Counted from the stretch's first letter, positions 16,448 through 27,902 are shown. The stretch: DNA of 32,000 bases from Candidatus Pelagibacter sp. HTCC7211 (GCF_000155895.1 NZ_DS995298.1:930001-962000), one strand, 5' to 3'. Program-made: numbers and translations. Notes: a model not told the origin generated them from the letters alone.

Positions 16448-19026
16448 TAAATTAAATTATCATCAATTTTGATTGCAGATACAACTTTTTCTTCTCCAGA
16501 AAGTTTTATAATTCTAACTCCTTGGGTATTTCTACCTGCTGTTCTAATTTCTTTTACAGCAACTCTAATTACCCTACCTTTGTTAGTTGATATAAGTATT
16601 TCATCACCTTCAAAGACAGGGAAAGAAGAAGTAATATTTCCATTTCTTGGAGAGTTTACAATACCTATAATGCCCTTGCCTCCTCTATTGGTAACTCTAT
16701 AATCTATATGAGATGTTTTTTTACCATATCCATTTTCACTTATAGATAATACAAATTTTTCTTTAGCTTTTATCTCAGATTTATCATCTTTTGATTTCTT
16801 ACCATTTTTTTTAGTTTTATCATTATCTATGACTGATAATGAAACAATCTGATCATTAGGAGCCAATTCAATTCCCTTAATTCCTTTTGAAGATCTACCT
16901 TTAAATACTCTTAATTTTTTTGCTTCAAATCTAATACATTTACCAAACTTAGTACTTAAGATGATATCTTGATCATCTTGACAAATTTTAACTCCAACAA
17001 TTTTATCATTATTATCAAGTTTCATTGCAATTTTACCTGATGCGTTAATAGATGAAAAATCTTCTAGACTATTTTTTCTAACCTTACCTTGAGCTGTTGC
17101 AAAGATTATTTGGTAATTCTTTAAGTCAGTTTCATTTTCTGGCATTGGCATAATAGAACTAATTGATTGATGGCTTTTCAGAGGTAAAATATTAAACAAT
17201 GATTTACCTTTTGATGATGATGAGCCCTCTGGAATTTTCCATGCTTTAACTTTATAAACTAACCCTTCTGTTGAAAAAAATAAAACAGATGTATGAGTAT
17301 TAACAGATAGTGTTTGTACAACAGAATCTTGATCTCTAGTAGTAATTCCAGACTTTCCTTTTCCACCTCTTTTTTGCTGTTTAACACCGTCTAAAGAACC
17401 TCTTTTAATATATCCTTGTAGAGTAACCGTTATTATTACAGATTGTTTTTGAATTGTTTCTTCAATATCGTAATTTAGGACTGCATCAATAATTTTAGTT
17501 CTTCTTGGAACAGCAAACTTTTCTTTTATGTTCTTAAGTTCTTCACTAATAACTTTTAAAAGCTCTTTTTTTGATGAAATAATTTTTTTATATCTTGCAA
17601 TTAATTCAGCTAACTTTTTTATCTCAACTTCAATTTCGTTTATTCCAAGTGCGGTTAATTTTTGAAGTCTAAGTTCTAATATAGCTATAACTTGAGGTTC
17701 AGATAAGGAATATAAACCTTTACCTTTTTTTCCTTCTACTAAAGAAATTAATTTTTGAGATTTGTTAATTTTCCATTTAGTTTTTAATATAGCTTGTTTT
17801 GCATCTTCAGGTGTTTTTGATGATCGAATAATTTTTATAATTTTATCTAAGTTTTCAACTGATACAGATAATCCAATTAATATGTGAGCTCTTTCTTCAG
17901 CTTTTTGTAAATCAAATTTAGTTTTCTTAATTACGATATCTTCTCTAAAAGATAAAAAGTTTGATAAGAAATCTTTTAATGTACATGTTTTAGGTTTCCC
18001 TTGAACAATTGCCAAAGTATTAAAACCAAAAGAACTTTCAATTTGAGTATTTTTATAAAGTTGTCTTTTAATAGTCTCTGGCTCAACTCCATTTCTTAAG
18101 TCTATTGCAACTCTTATACCTTCTCTATTTGACTCATCTCTAATATCTTTAATCCCTTCAATTTTTTTTTCTCTAACTAATTGAGCAATTCTTTCATTTA
18201 AAACTGATTTATTGACCTGATAAGGTATTGAGGTAATTACTAACCTTTCTCTTCCGTTTTTTAAACTTTCAACAGAAACTTCACCTCTTATTTTAAAGGA
18301 CCCTCTACCATTATTATAACCATGTTTTATAATGTCTTTACCGATGATAACACCACCAGTTGGAAAATCAGGACCCGGAACATATTTCATCAATTCTCTG
18401 ATCTTAATATCTTTATTGTCTATTAGAGCTAAAGTACCATTTATAATTTCACCCAAATTATGAGGAGGAATGCTTGTGGCCATTCCAACTGCTATACCTC
18501 CAGCACCATTTACTAGAAGATTTGGATATTGAGCAGGTAAAACTGTAGGCTCTTTTTCTGTCTCATCATAATTACTTTTAAATGAAATAGTATTCTTCTC
18601 TATATCATCAATTAAATATTGTGAAACTTTAGATAATCTTGTTTCTGTATATCTCATTGCAGCTGCAGGATCACCATCAATAGAACCGAAATTACCTTGA
18701 CCTTGAACCAAAGGAAGACTCATTGAAAAATCTTGAACCATTCTTACTAATGCATCGTAAACTGATTGATCTCCATGTGGATGATATTTACCAATGACAT
18801 CTCCAACAATTCTTGCAGATTTTCTAAATTGTTTTGACCAATCATAACCACCCTTGTACATAGCGTACAAAATTCTTCTGTGAACAGGTTTTAAACCATC
18901 TCTAATATCTGGTAAGGCTCGACTTACAATAACACTCATTGCATATGATAGATAAGATGAGCTCATCTCATCATGCATTGAAATTAACTTAATGTTATTA
19001 TCTTTTGGAATTTCAGTTTTTTGCAT
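16447..19026 (-). CDS. gyrA: DNA gyrase subunit A
   Basis: This is an 859-aa ORF. It has the QRDR-region [18 protein letters not shown], the active-site AAAMRYTE (catalytic Tyr), the GyrA-box [11 protein letters not shown] and repeated beta-pinwheel blades in the C-terminal domain. Confidence 0.97.
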   Translation of the reverse strand: MQKTEIPKDNNIKLISMHDEMSSSYLSYAMSVIVSRALPDIRDGLKPVHRRILYAMYKGGYDWSKQFRKSARIVGDVIGKYHPHGDQSVYDALVRMVQDFSMSLPLVQGQGNFGSIDGDPAAAMRYTETRLSKVSQYLIDDIEKNTISFKSNYDETEKEPTVLPAQYPNLLVNGAGGIAVGMATSIPPHNLGEIINGTLALIDNKDIKIRELMKYVPGPDFPTGGVIIGKDIIKHGYNNGRGSFKIRGEVSVESLKNGRERLVITSIPYQVNKSVLNERIAQLVREKKIEGIKDIRDESNREGIRVAIDLRNGVEPETIKRQLYKNTQIESSFGFNTLAIVQGKPKTCTLKDFLSNFLSFREDIVIKKTKFDLQKAEERAHILIGLSVSVENLDKIIKIIRSSKTPEDAKQAILKTKWKINKSQKLISLVEGKKGKGLYSLSEPQVIAILELRLQKLTALGINEIEVEIKKLAELIARYKKIISSKKELLKVISEELKNIKEKFAVPRRTKIIDAVLNYDIEETIQKQSVIITVTLQGYIKRGSLDGVKQQKRGGKGKSGITTRDQDSVVQTLSVNTHTSVLFFSTEGLVYKVKAWKIPEGSSSSKGKSLFNILPLKSHQSISSIMPMPENETDLKNYQIIFATAQGKVRKNSLEDFSSINASGKIAMKLDNNDKIVGVKICQDDQDIILSTKFGKCIRFEAKKLRVFKGRSSKGIKGIELAPNDQIVSLSVIDNDKTKKNGKKSKDDKSEIKAKEKFVLSISENGYGKKTSHIDYRVTNRGGKGIIGIVNSPRNGNITSSFPVFEGDEILISTNKGRVIRVAVKEIRTAGRNTQGVRIIKLSGEEKVVSAIKIDDNLI

Positions 19027-19031
19027 AGATA

Positions 19032-19484
19032 TTAAAATGGAATTTCGTCATCCATATCATTTGACACTTGAGAGGAGTCTTCAATATTATTTTGTTGAGT
19101 AGTGTCATTTTGAATACCACCTCCTGAGCCCCCACCACCAAGCATAGTTAAAGTAGTGTTATACCCTTGAAGAACAATTTCAGTTGAATACTTATCTTGA
19201 CCAGATTGTTCATCTTTCCATTTTCGTGTAGTCAGTTGGCCTTCAACATATATCTGAGCACCTTTTTTTAAGTATTGTTGAATAACATTTACTAGTCCTT
19301 CGTTAAATACAACTATACGGTGCCATTCAGTTTTTTCTTTTTTTTCACCTGTATTCTTGTCTTTCCAAGATTGACTTGTTGCTAAGCTCAGTCTTGCAAC
19401 ACTTTTACCGTTTACCATTTGTTTTATCTCAGGATCTGCGCCCAAACGACCAATTAATAATACTTTATTTAAACTTCCAGCCAT
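19032..19484 (-). CDS. ssb: Single-stranded DNA-binding protein
   Basis: It has an OB-fold N-domain ([15 protein letters not shown] ... TEWHRIVVF), a Gly/Gln-rich linker and the canonical acidic tip DDEIPF. Confidence 0.95.
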   Translation of the reverse strand: MAGSLNKVLLIGRLGADPEIKQMVNGKSVARLSLATSQSWKDKNTGEKKEKTEWHRIVVFNEGLVNVIQQYLKKGAQIYVEGQLTTRKWKDEQSGQDKYSTEIVLQGYNTTLTMLGGGGSGGGIQNDTTQQNNIEDSSQVSNDMDDEIPF

Positions 19485-19572
19485 AATATTTAATATTTGT
19501 TAAATTAATTAATTAGATTTATATCACAATTCTTCTCATTATTAATTTTATTAACTCAAAGCAACAAAAAAT

Positions 19573-22425
19573 ATGATGAAAAAGATAGTTATTAAGGGCG
19601 CTAAAGAACATAATTTAAAGAATGTTTCTGTAGAAATCCCTAAGGACCAATTTGTCGTCATAACTGGCCTATCTGGTTCAGGAAAATCATCATTAGCTTT
19701 CGATACCATCTATGCAGAAGGTCAAAGAAGATATGTTGAAAGTTTATCAGCATATGCAAGACAGTTTTTGGATAAGATGAAAAAACCAAATGTTGATCTT
19801 ATAGAAGGTTTAAGTCCAGCTATTGCAATAGAGCAAAAAAATACATCAAAAAACCCAAGATCTACAGTTGCTACAGTGACTGAAATTTATGATTACATGA
19901 GGGTGCTATACGCTAGAGCTGGAACTCCCTACTCACCATTTACAGGTAAAGCAATTACTTCTCAAACCATTACTCAAATAGTTGATCTTGTTAAAAAATT
20001 ACCAAAAAAATCAACAATATATATTTATGCACCTGTAGTAAGAGGTCGTAAAGGTGAATATAAGAAAGATATTCTAAGTTACAAAAGAAGAGGATTTAGA
20101 AAAATAAAAATTGATAATGTTTTATACGATATAGAAAAATCTCCTAATTTAGATAAAAAATTTAAACACGATATATCAATACTTGTAGATAGAATTGTTT
20201 TAAATTCTAAGCTTGGCAACAGATTAGCAGAGAGTGTTGAAACAGCAGTAAATTTATCAAATGGATTAGTTTTTGTTGAGTATGAAGATGAAACATTGCC
20301 ACAGAAATTTAGAAAAACTGAGAAACTTATTTACTCAACAAAATTTGCATGTCCAGAAAGTGGTTTCACCATTGAGGAAATTGAACCTAGATTATTTTCT
20401 TTTAATAGCCCTTATGGAGCTTGTGAGGAATGTGAAGGTATAGGGATAAAATTAAATGTTGATCCAAATTTAGTTATACCAGATGACAGAAAAAGTATAG
20501 CTGATGGCGCCATTGAACCTTGGGCTAAATCTACAACATTATATTATGCGCAAACTCTAGCATCTATAGCAAAACATTATGGTTTTTCATTAGATGATAA
20601 ATGGAAAAAACTTCCAAAAAAAATCAAAGAAATAATTTTGTATGGTTCAGATGAAGAAGAAATCAAATTTAATTATGATGATGGTTATGAAAAATATTCA
20701 CATAAAAAAACATTTGAAGGTGTAATTAACAATCTTGAAAGAAGATTTTTAGAGTCAGATAGCGAATGGAAAAGAGAAGCAATAGCAGAATATCAATCTG
20801 ATACAGCTTGTGAAGCTTGTAATGGAAATAGACTTAAGGAAGAAGCTTTATGTGTTAAAATTGATAATCATAATATTAGCGATGTAACAAAAAAATCAAT
20901 ATTAGATGCTGCAGAATGGTTTAAAAATCTTGAAAAAAATCTTGATAATAGACAATTTAAAATTGCAGAACACGTTCTTAAAGAAATTAATGAGAGACTT
21001 ACTTTTTTGTTAAATGTAGGTTTAGATTATCTTACTTTAGCAAGAGAATCTGGCACACTTTCAGGTGGAGAAGCACAAAGAATAAGACTAGCGTCTCAGA
21101 TTGGTTCTGGTCTAACCGGTGTTTTATACGTACTTGATGAACCTTCAATTGGTTTACATCAAAAAGATAATGTTAAACTTATAAATGCTTTAAAAAGATT
21201 AAGGGATTTAGGAAATACAGTCATAGTTGTTGAGCATGATACTGAGACAATGGAAAATGCAGATCATATAATTGACTTAGGACCAGAAGCTGGATCTAAT
21301 GGCGGTGAAGTTACTGCTCAAGGTACATATGATGAAATAAAAAAAAATAAAAATAGTATTACCGGACAATATCTTTCTAATAAAAAAAAAATTGAAATAC
21401 CCAATGCTAGAAGATTAGCAAAGAACGGTAGATTTGTTGAAATTAATGGCGCAAGTGGAAATAATCTTAATAATGTAAATCTTCGAATACCAACAGGAAG
21501 TTTTACTTGTGTAACTGGTGTATCAGGTAGTGGTAAATCAACCCTTGTTCTTCAAACATTGTATCATGCTTTAAATCTAACACTTAACAGTAAAGCTCGA
21601 AAAGCACCAAAAGCATTTAAAAGTTACAAGGGTGTAGAATTAATTGATAAAATTATTGATATTGATCAATCCCCTATTGGAAGAACCCCTAGATCAAATC
21701 CAGCAACTTATACAGGTGCTTTTGGTCCAATTAGAGATTGGTTTACAAGTTTACCTGAGTCAAAAACTAGAGGTTACAAGCCAGGAAGATTTTCATTTAA
21801 TGTCAAAGGTGGAAGATGTGAAGCTTGTGAAGGTGATGGTGTAATTACCTATGAAATGCATTTTTTACCTGATGTTTATATACAATGTGATGAGTGTAAA
21901 GGAACAAGATATAATAGAGAAACCCTTGAAATTAAATTTAAAGGTAAAAGTATTGCTGATGTTTTAGATATGTCTGTAGATGAAGGTTGTGAATATTTTG
22001 AAAATATATCTAATATTAAAACTAAGTTACTTACATTAAAAAAGGTTGGCTTGGGTTATATTAAGATAGGTCAACAAGCAACAACACTTTCAGGTGGTGA
22101 AGCTCAAAGAATTAAATTAGCAAAAGAACTTTCAAAAAGATCAACAGGACGAACTATGTATATCTTGGATGAACCAACAACTGGACTTCATCAACATGAT
22201 ATTAAAAAATTATTAGAAATACTTCATACTTTTGTTAAACTTGGAAATACTGTTGTAGTCATTGAACACAATTTAGATGTAATTAAAACAGCTGATTATA
22301 TTGTTGATATGGGACCCGAAGGCGGTGTCAAAGGTGGAAATATTATCGCAGAGGGAAAACCCGAGGAAGTTTGTAAAGTACCTGCTAGTTATACAGGTCA
22401 ATATTTAAAACCTTTACTAAAATAA
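19573..22425 (+). CDS. uvrA: Excinuclease ABC subunit A
   Basis: This is a 950-aa ORF with two ABC ATPase modules (GLSGSGKSS and GVSGSGKST Walker A; two LSGGE signatures). Zinc-finger Cys pairs are CPESG..CEECEG, CEACNG and [14 protein letters not shown]. Confidence 0.97.
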   Translation: MMKKIVIKGAKEHNLKNVSVEIPKDQFVVITGLSGSGKSSLAFDTIYAEGQRRYVESLSAYARQFLDKMKKPNVDLIEGLSPAIAIEQKNTSKNPRSTVATVTEIYDYMRVLYARAGTPYSPFTGKAITSQTITQIVDLVKKLPKKSTIYIYAPVVRGRKGEYKKDILSYKRRGFRKIKIDNVLYDIEKSPNLDKKFKHDISILVDRIVLNSKLGNRLAESVETAVNLSNGLVFVEYEDETLPQKFRKTEKLIYSTKFACPESGFTIEEIEPRLFSFNSPYGACEECEGIGIKLNVDPNLVIPDDRKSIADGAIEPWAKSTTLYYAQTLASIAKHYGFSLDDKWKKLPKKIKEIILYGSDEEEIKFNYDDGYEKYSHKKTFEGVINNLERRFLESDSEWKREAIAEYQSDTACEACNGNRLKEEALCVKIDNHNISDVTKKSILDAAEWFKNLEKNLDNRQFKIAEHVLKEINERLTFLLNVGLDYLTLARESGTLSGGEAQRIRLASQIGSGLTGVLYVLDEPSIGLHQKDNVKLINALKRLRDLGNTVIVVEHDTETMENADHIIDLGPEAGSNGGEVTAQGTYDEIKKNKNSITGQYLSNKKKIEIPNARRLAKNGRFVEINGASGNNLNNVNLRIPTGSFTCVTGVSGSGKSTLVLQTLYHALNLTLNSKARKAPKAFKSYKGVELIDKIIDIDQSPIGRTPRSNPATYTGAFGPIRDWFTSLPESKTRGYKPGRFSFNVKGGRCEACEGDGVITYEMHFLPDVYIQCDECKGTRYNRETLEIKFKGKSIADVLDMSVDEGCEYFENISNIKTKLLTLKKVGLGYIKIGQQATTLSGGEAQRIKLAKELSKRSTGRTMYILDEPTTGLHQHDIKKLLEILHTFVKLGNTVVVIEHNLDVIKTADYIVDMGPEGGVKGGNIIAEGKPEEVCKVPASYTGQYLKPLLK

Positions 22426-22429
22426 TACT

Positions 22430-22458
22430 TTAAATTTTAGAAAGATTTAGTGTATAAT
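22430..22458 (+). promoter_or_regulatory. Candidate sigma70-type promoter (TTAAAT - 17 bp - TATAAT) for the downstream membrane-protein gene
   Basis: A perfect TATAAT lies at 22453-22458, directly preceded by TG, with TTAAAT at 22430-22435 (17-bp spacer). The ATG at 22470 is only 11 nt past the -10 box, implying a very short or absent leader. This rests on sequence pattern only. Confidence 0.3.
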
Positions 22459-22469
22459 AACTGTGAATC

Positions 22470-23072
22470 ATGAGTAATTTATTATCTTCATTATCAAAAA
22501 CAATTCACACTTCTGTAGGTCTTATGATTGTATTGTTTTTGGGCTTATTTTATTTAAATGAAGGTTTCGCATTTGATACATTGTTCTGGAGTTGGTTATT
22601 TAGATATATTCATGTTGTCGTAGCCACTATGTGGATTGGTTTGCTTTGGTATTTCAATTTTGTTCAAATACCAAACATGGCTAAAATTCCAGATGAGCAA
22701 AAACCAGCAATTGGTAAAGTAATTGCACCTGCTGCATTATTTTATTTTAGATGGGCTGCTGCATTTACAGTGCTATCTGGATTATTATTAGCTTTATTTA
22801 ATGGATACTTGCATGATGCTATGACTTTAAGCATTGGATCAGGTATACCAAAACATACTGCTATTGGTATTGGTATGTGGCTTGGAATTATTATGGCTTA
22901 TAATGTTTGGTTTGTCATTTGGCCAAATCAAAAAAGAGCTTTAGGAATTGTAGATTGTGATCCCGATTTAAAAGCTAAATCTGCAAGAACTGCAATGTTG
23001 TTTTCAAGAACAAACACACTACTTTCTCTACCCATGTTATTTACAATGGTAGCAGCACAAAATCTTTATTAA
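22470..23072 (+). CDS. Conserved integral membrane protein of unknown function (resembles the N-terminal membrane domain of PuuD-type urate oxidases)
   Basis: This is a 200-aa ORF with about 5 hydrophobic segments. The motif RYIHVVVATMWIGLLWYFNFVQ resembles, from memory, the Urate_ox_N family. It has no CxxCH heme-c motif and no purine-catabolism neighbours. I am more confident that the CDS is real than in the functional label. Confidence 0.5.
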   Translation: MSNLLSSLSKTIHTSVGLMIVLFLGLFYLNEGFAFDTLFWSWLFRYIHVVVATMWIGLLWYFNFVQIPNMAKIPDEQKPAIGKVIAPAALFYFRWAAAFTVLSGLLLALFNGYLHDAMTLSIGSGIPKHTAIGIGMWLGIIMAYNVWFVIWPNQKRALGIVDCDPDLKAKSARTAMLFSRTNTLLSLPMLFTMVAAQNLY

Positions 23073-23074
23073 TT

Positions 23075-23965
23075 TTATTTTTCGCTATCTTCTCTAAGAA
23101 CTGTTTTTTGAGATACTCTTAATCTTACTAATACTGTGTTTGCAATATAAATTGAAGAATATGTTCCAAATATTACTCCAAGTATCATTGCTAATGAAAA
23201 ACCTTTTAAAATCTCTCCACCAAAAAAATAAATAGCCAATAAAGCAAGCAATGTAGTTGCAGAAGTAATTATTGTTCTAGATAATGTTTCATTAATTGAG
23301 ATATTTGTAAGTTCAAAAATTTTAATATCAGAATATTTTCTCAAATTTTCACGTACTCGATCAAAAATTACCACAGTATCATTCATCGAATAACCAACTA
23401 TTGTTAAAACAGCTGCAATTATTGATAGATTAATTTCTAAACTAAATAATGAAAAAACACCTAATGTAACTATGACATCGTGGAATAAGGCAAGTATTGC
23501 ACCTAAACTGAATTGCCATTCAAATCTTATCCAAATATAGAATAACATCGCAGCTAATGATAATGAAATTGCGATAACTCCGGACTTTAATAATTCAGAA
23601 CTGACCTTAGGACCAACATTTTCAACTCTTCTAAAGTTAAAATTATTACCAAATGACTTATCTAAATTGTTCTTAATTTCTTCAATTATATTTTTTTTGT
23701 TATCTTTATTTTCAAACTTAATTAAATAATCTTTGTCATTACCGAATTTTTTAACAGACACATCACCTAAATCCATCTGACTAAATTTATCTCTTAAAGA
23801 ACTTACATTTATCTTCGCATCTGTAGATCTAAGTTCAATTAAAGTTCCACCTTTAAAATCAATTCCGAAATTAAGACCTTTAAAGATTAAAAGAACTAAT
23901 GAAAAAATAATTAATAATGAAGAGAATATATTAAAATGGTTATAATATTTATTAAAAGCAATCAT
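23075..23965 (-). CDS. secF: Protein translocase subunit SecF
   Basis: This is a 296-aa ORF. It has GIDFKGGT after the first TM, the six-TM SecDF core, and the DTVVIFDRVRE motif. Confidence 0.93.
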   Translation of the reverse strand: MIAFNKYYNHFNIFSSLLIIFSLVLLIFKGLNFGIDFKGGTLIELRSTDAKINVSSLRDKFSQMDLGDVSVKKFGNDKDYLIKFENKDNKKNIIEEIKNNLDKSFGNNFNFRRVENVGPKVSSELLKSGVIAISLSLAAMLFYIWIRFEWQFSLGAILALFHDVIVTLGVFSLFSLEINLSIIAAVLTIVGYSMNDTVVIFDRVRENLRKYSDIKIFELTNISINETLSRTIITSATTLLALLAIYFFGGEILKGFSLAMILGVIFGTYSSIYIANTVLVRLRVSQKTVLREDSEK

Positions 23966-25518
23966 TAAATTAACTTCTCCTTATCTCTATTTTTAGACAC
24001 GTAAAGACTAGTAAATAACCTTGCTATAAAATAAACTGAAAAAAGAGTAGTAAAAATTCCAACACCAAGAGTTACTGAAAAACCTTTAACAGGTCCAGAA
24101 CCCATAAAGAAAAGTATTACTGCTGCTAGTAAAGTTGTTATATTTGCGTCAATAATAGCAGTTCTAGATTTTGTATAACCACTATCAAAAGCTACAATAT
24201 TATTATTTTCATCTCTTAATTCTTCTTTAATTCTCTCAAAAATTAGTACGTTAGCATCTACAGCCATACCAACTGTCAATATTATTCCAGCAATTCCAGG
24301 TAAAGTTAATGTTGCTTCAAATAAAGTTAATATGCCTAATAGGATAAATAAATTTATAATTAAAGTTACATTGGTGATTAATCCAAAAACTCTGTATTTT
24401 ACAAACATAAAAATTATTACTAAAAGAAAACCAATAGCTAGAGCAATCATACCTGCGTTTATAGAGTCTTGCCCTAAATCAGGACCAACAGTTCTCTCTT
24501 CAATTATATTAAGAGGTGCTGGTAATGCTCCTGATCTTAATAATAGAGCTAAATCTGTTGCAGTTTGAAAAGTAAATCCTCCACTAATTTGACCTGAGCC
24601 ACTAGCAATCGTATCTCTAACAACTGGTGCACTTATAATTTTACCATCTAAAACTATTGCTAATTGTTTACCAATCCCAGTTGAAGTTGCCTTACCAAAT
24701 CTCTTTGCTCCTACCCTATCAAGTGAAAAAGATACTATTGTTTGGTTTGTTTGAGTATCCATTTTAGGTTGAGCATCTAAAAGATTATCTCCACTTATTA
24801 TTATTCTCTTACTTACTGTTGCTTCATCAATACCATCTTCAAACTTAAGTTTTTCAACTCCAAAACTGTCATTGTCATCGTTAGTTACAAATCTAAAAGT
24901 TAAATTAGCAGTTTTTCCTAATAAAGATTTAACCCTCATTGGATCATCTAATCCAGGCAACTCAACTAAGATACGATTATTTCCTCTTTTTAAAATATTC
25001 GGTTCATTAGTTCCAACTTCATCAATTCTTCTTCTTACAATTTCAATAGCTTGATCTTGTGAAGAAGTTTTGAGAACTATTAAGCCTTGTCTTGAAAAAT
25101 TTAATTTAAAATTAAGACCAGTATCTTCAATTTCTAATTGGTGAGATTTAAATCTTGGATAATAGGGATTTATGTCACTATTTTCATCTGTAAATGTATC
25201 AATGATAGTTTGTTTATTTTTTTCTAAAACGTTGAAATAGATATTTTGATTTTCAATCTTGATATTATTTATCTTAATGTCTTTTTCCTTAAAATAATTT
25301 CTAATACTGGTTGTTAAGTTTTGAAGTTTTTGTTCTATAACTGGAGCATTATCAATCTCCAATAACAAATAAGATCCACCTTGAAGATCCAGACCCAAAT
25401 TTATCTTTTTATCAAAAAAACTATCATCAAATTTAAATAAATTAGATGAAGCAATTAAAACAAATAAAAGTGAAAAAAGAGTAATAAATAAAATTCTTAA
25501 CTTTGAAAAATAAAGCAC
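23965..25518 (-). CDS. secD: Protein translocase subunit SecD (GTG start)
   Basis: This is a 517-aa ORF. It has LGLDLQGG after TM1, a periplasmic P1 domain, and a C-terminal 5-TM core with GMAVDANVLIFERIKEE. The only available start in the ORF is a GTG at 25516-25518. Confidence 0.93.
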   Translation of the reverse strand: MLYFSKLRILFITLFSLLFVLIASSNLFKFDDSFFDKKINLGLDLQGGSYLLLEIDNAPVIEQKLQNLTTSIRNYFKEKDIKINNIKIENQNIYFNVLEKNKQTIIDTFTDENSDINPYYPRFKSHQLEIEDTGLNFKLNFSRQGLIVLKTSSQDQAIEIVRRRIDEVGTNEPNILKRGNNRILVELPGLDDPMRVKSLLGKTANLTFRFVTNDDNDSFGVEKLKFEDGIDEATVSKRIIISGDNLLDAQPKMDTQTNQTIVSFSLDRVGAKRFGKATSTGIGKQLAIVLDGKIISAPVVRDTIASGSGQISGGFTFQTATDLALLLRSGALPAPLNIIEERTVGPDLGQDSINAGMIALAIGFLLVIIFMFVKYRVFGLITNVTLIINLFILLGILTLFEATLTLPGIAGIILTVGMAVDANVLIFERIKEELRDENNNIVAFDSGYTKSRTAIIDANITTLLAAVILFFMGSGPVKGFSVTLGVGIFTTLFSVYFIARLFTSLYVSKNRDKEKLI

Positions 25519-25533
25519 TTTATATAAAAATTA

Positions 25534-25824
25534 TTATTTCTTAACTTCTTGTGGATTACCTTGAAGAGCTTGAATACCAGTAGCTTTAACTATTTCAACT
25601 TTAACATTGTCAGCTATTTCAACTTCAACTTTGTCATTATCAATTAATCTTTCTACAGTACCAGTGATACCTCCAGAAGTGATTACTTTATCACCTCGTT
25701 TAAGTCCTTCAACCATAGCCTTATGCTCTTTTACTTTTTTTTGCTGTGGTCTGATTAAGAAAAAATAAAAAATTACAAAAATTAAAATTAACGGTATAAA
25801 TTGTCCTATTCCTGAACCTTCCAT
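25534..25824 (-). CDS. yajC: Preprotein translocase subunit YajC
   Basis: This is a 96-aa ORF with a single TM followed by RPQQKK...H..M...L..GD.V.T.GG..G.V, the YajC signature. It lies directly upstream of secD-secF. Confidence 0.9.
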   Translation of the reverse strand: MEGSGIGQFIPLILIFVIFYFFLIRPQQKKVKEHKAMVEGLKRGDKVITSGGITGTVERLIDNDKVEVEIADNVKVEIVKATGIQALQGNPQEVKK

Positions 25825-25828
25825 AAAT

Positions 25829-25834
25829 CTCCTT
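25829..25834 (-). promoter_or_regulatory. Shine-Dalgarno sequence (AAGGAG) of yajC
   Basis: The minus strand reads TTATAAGGAGATTTATG, with AGGAG 4 nt upstream of the yajC ATG. It is the only strong SD I could find in front of any gene start in this window. Confidence 0.5.
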
Positions 25835-25879
25835 ATAAATTAGCTGAATTCTTATACTATCTTATTGATTAAAACAACT

Positions 25880-27139
25880 TTATTTGAGTGAAATTATTTC
25901 TAAATTATTCATGTATGGTCTCAGTACCTCAGGAACAATTATTGAGCCATCTTTTTGTTGATAATTTTCTAATACAGCAATAAGAGTTCTTCCAACAGCT
26001 AAACCACTACCGTTTAAAGTACCAACAAACATAGTTTCTTTATTTTCATTTTTATATCTTGTTTTCATTCTTTGAGCTTGAAATGTTGAACAAGAAGAAC
26101 AAGAAGAAATTTCACGATACTTATTTTCTGATGGAAGCCAAACTTCTATATCATATGTTTTTTCAGCGCTAAAACCCATATCGCCAGAACATAATATAAT
26201 TTTTTTATATGGAAGTTTTAATTTATCGAGAATGTCTGTAGCACAATCAGTCATTCTCTCTAATTCTTTTAAACAATTTTCTTTTTCAACAATACTAACC
26301 AATTCAACTTTGTAAAATTGATGTTGTCTAATCATGCCCTTGGTATCTTTACCGTAACTCCCAGCTTCTTTCCTAAAACATGGTGTTGAAGCAACAAATC
26401 TCATTGGAAGATTTTTTTTATCTATGATTTTATCTTTAACAATATTTGTTAAAATAACTTCAGCAGTAGGAATAAGAAATTTTCTATCAGAACCTTGATC
26501 AAATTTAATCTCAAATTGATCGTTTTCAAATTTCGGCAATTGTCCTGTGCCAAACATCGTATTGTCAGAAGCTATTAAAGGCGGAGAAATCTCTTGATAT
26601 TCATTTATGTTGATATGTGTATCAAGCATAAAATTTGACAATGCTCTTTCTAGTAATGCCAACTTATCTTTTACGAAAACAAATCTAGAACCTGTGGTTT
26701 TAGTGGCAAGATCAAAATCTAGCATATTTAATGCTTCGCCTAATTCGTAGTGAGATTTAGGTTTAAAATCAAAAATTGGTATTTCACCTGATTTTGATAT
26801 TTCAACATTATCATTCTCATCATTACCTTCAGGAACATCGGTGTGTGGAATATTCGGTATGTTTGATAAAATTTTATCTAGTTCGATCTTTATATTTTTT
26901 TGATTTTCAGTAACTTTGCCTAATTCAACAGATATTTCTTTAGATTTTGCAAACATACTTTCATCTTTAGATTTTGAAATATCTTTTTTTTCTTTTTCTA
27001 GAGACTCTTTTTTTTGAATTAAGTTTCTATTTTCTTCATCTAATTTTTGTAAATTTTCAAAATCAATATTAGCGGATCTGTTTTTTAAAGATTTAGCAAA
27101 AGCAGAAAAATCATTTCTAATATCTTTTAAATTATGCAT
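25880..27139 (-). CDS. serS: Seryl-tRNA synthetase
   Basis: This is a 419-aa ORF with an N-terminal coiled-coil tRNA-binding arm. Class II motifs are [26 protein letters not shown] and [10 protein letters not shown]. Confidence 0.95.
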   Translation of the reverse strand: MHNLKDIRNDFSAFAKSLKNRSANIDFENLQKLDEENRNLIQKKESLEKEKKDISKSKDESMFAKSKEISVELGKVTENQKNIKIELDKILSNIPNIPHTDVPEGNDENDNVEISKSGEIPIFDFKPKSHYELGEALNMLDFDLATKTTGSRFVFVKDKLALLERALSNFMLDTHININEYQEISPPLIASDNTMFGTGQLPKFENDQFEIKFDQGSDRKFLIPTAEVILTNIVKDKIIDKKNLPMRFVASTPCFRKEAGSYGKDTKGMIRQHQFYKVELVSIVEKENCLKELERMTDCATDILDKLKLPYKKIILCSGDMGFSAEKTYDIEVWLPSENKYREISSCSSCSTFQAQRMKTRYKNENKETMFVGTLNGSGLAVGRTLIAVLENYQQKDGSIIVPEVLRPYMNNLEIISLK

Positions 27140-27902
27140 CTGTTTTTTCTAGATTCTTATTTTCTATAAATTTTACTGAAAATATTGATAATTCATATAA
27201 AATTAATAAAGGTATAGCTAATCCAATTTGAGTTATAGGATCAGGTGGCGTTAATAAAGCTGCAGCTGCAAAAATTATTACGACTACATATTTTCTTCTT
27301 TCTCTTAAAAAATCACTATCTACGATCCCTACTCTTGCTAATAAACTTAATACAACAGGTAACTGAAAACTTATACCAAAAGCAAAAATTAGTTTCATCA
27401 CAAGTGATAAATATTCATTTACTTTAGCCTCAAGTTGTATTGGTAAACTAGTAGAAAGACCTGTACTTTCAAAAGATAGAAAAAACTTAATTGCAAGAGG
27501 CATAATCAAATAATAAACAAGCATTCCACCAAGAAAAAATAATATTGGTGTTAATATTAAGTAAGGTAAAATTGCAATTTTTTCGTGTTTATATAATCCA
27601 GGAGCAATAAATTTCCATATTTGCATCAGTATGTAAGGACAAGTAACAAAGAAAGCGGTAAAAAATGAAACCTTTAAATAAGTTAAAAAAGTTTCTTGAA
27701 GTGCAGTAAATATAAGTCTTCTATCTGATCCATCATCTTTTACAGCTTGTGCATAAGGATCTACTAAAAACCCATAAATATGTTCGGCAAAAAAATAGCA
27801 ACCGATAAAAAAAATAATAAGAAATATAAAACTATGTATAAGTCTTTTTCTTAATTCAGTTAAATGGCTTACAAAGCCACCTTCATTTTCTTCATTATTC
27901 AT
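27132..27902 (-). CDS. tatC: Twin-arginine translocase subunit TatC
   Basis: This is a 256-aa six-TM ORF. The N-terminal [10 protein letters not shown] motif and the FISPGLY-like [10 protein letters not shown] motif are typical of TatC. Confidence 0.93.
   Translation of the reverse strand: MNNEENEGGFVSHLTELRKRLIHSFIFLIIFFIGCYFFAEHIYGFLVDPYAQAVKDDGSDRRLIFTALQETFLTYLKVSFFTAFFVTCPYILMQIWKFIAPGLYKHEKIAILPYLILTPILFFLGGMLVYYLIMPLAIKFFLSFESTGLSTSLPIQLEAKVNEYLSLVMKLIFAFGISFQLPVVLSLLARVGIVDSDFLRERRKYVVVIIFAAAALLTPPDPITQIGLAIPLLILYELSIFSVKFIENKNLEKTDA

Noticed and set aside
25835-25879. A sigma70-type promoter for yajC in the serS-yajC spacer (TTGTTT ... TATAAG).
   Set aside because: The spacer between the hexamers is about 15 bp and both hexamers are imperfect. 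In DNA of this composition such matches are not distinguishable from chance, so I report only the SD.
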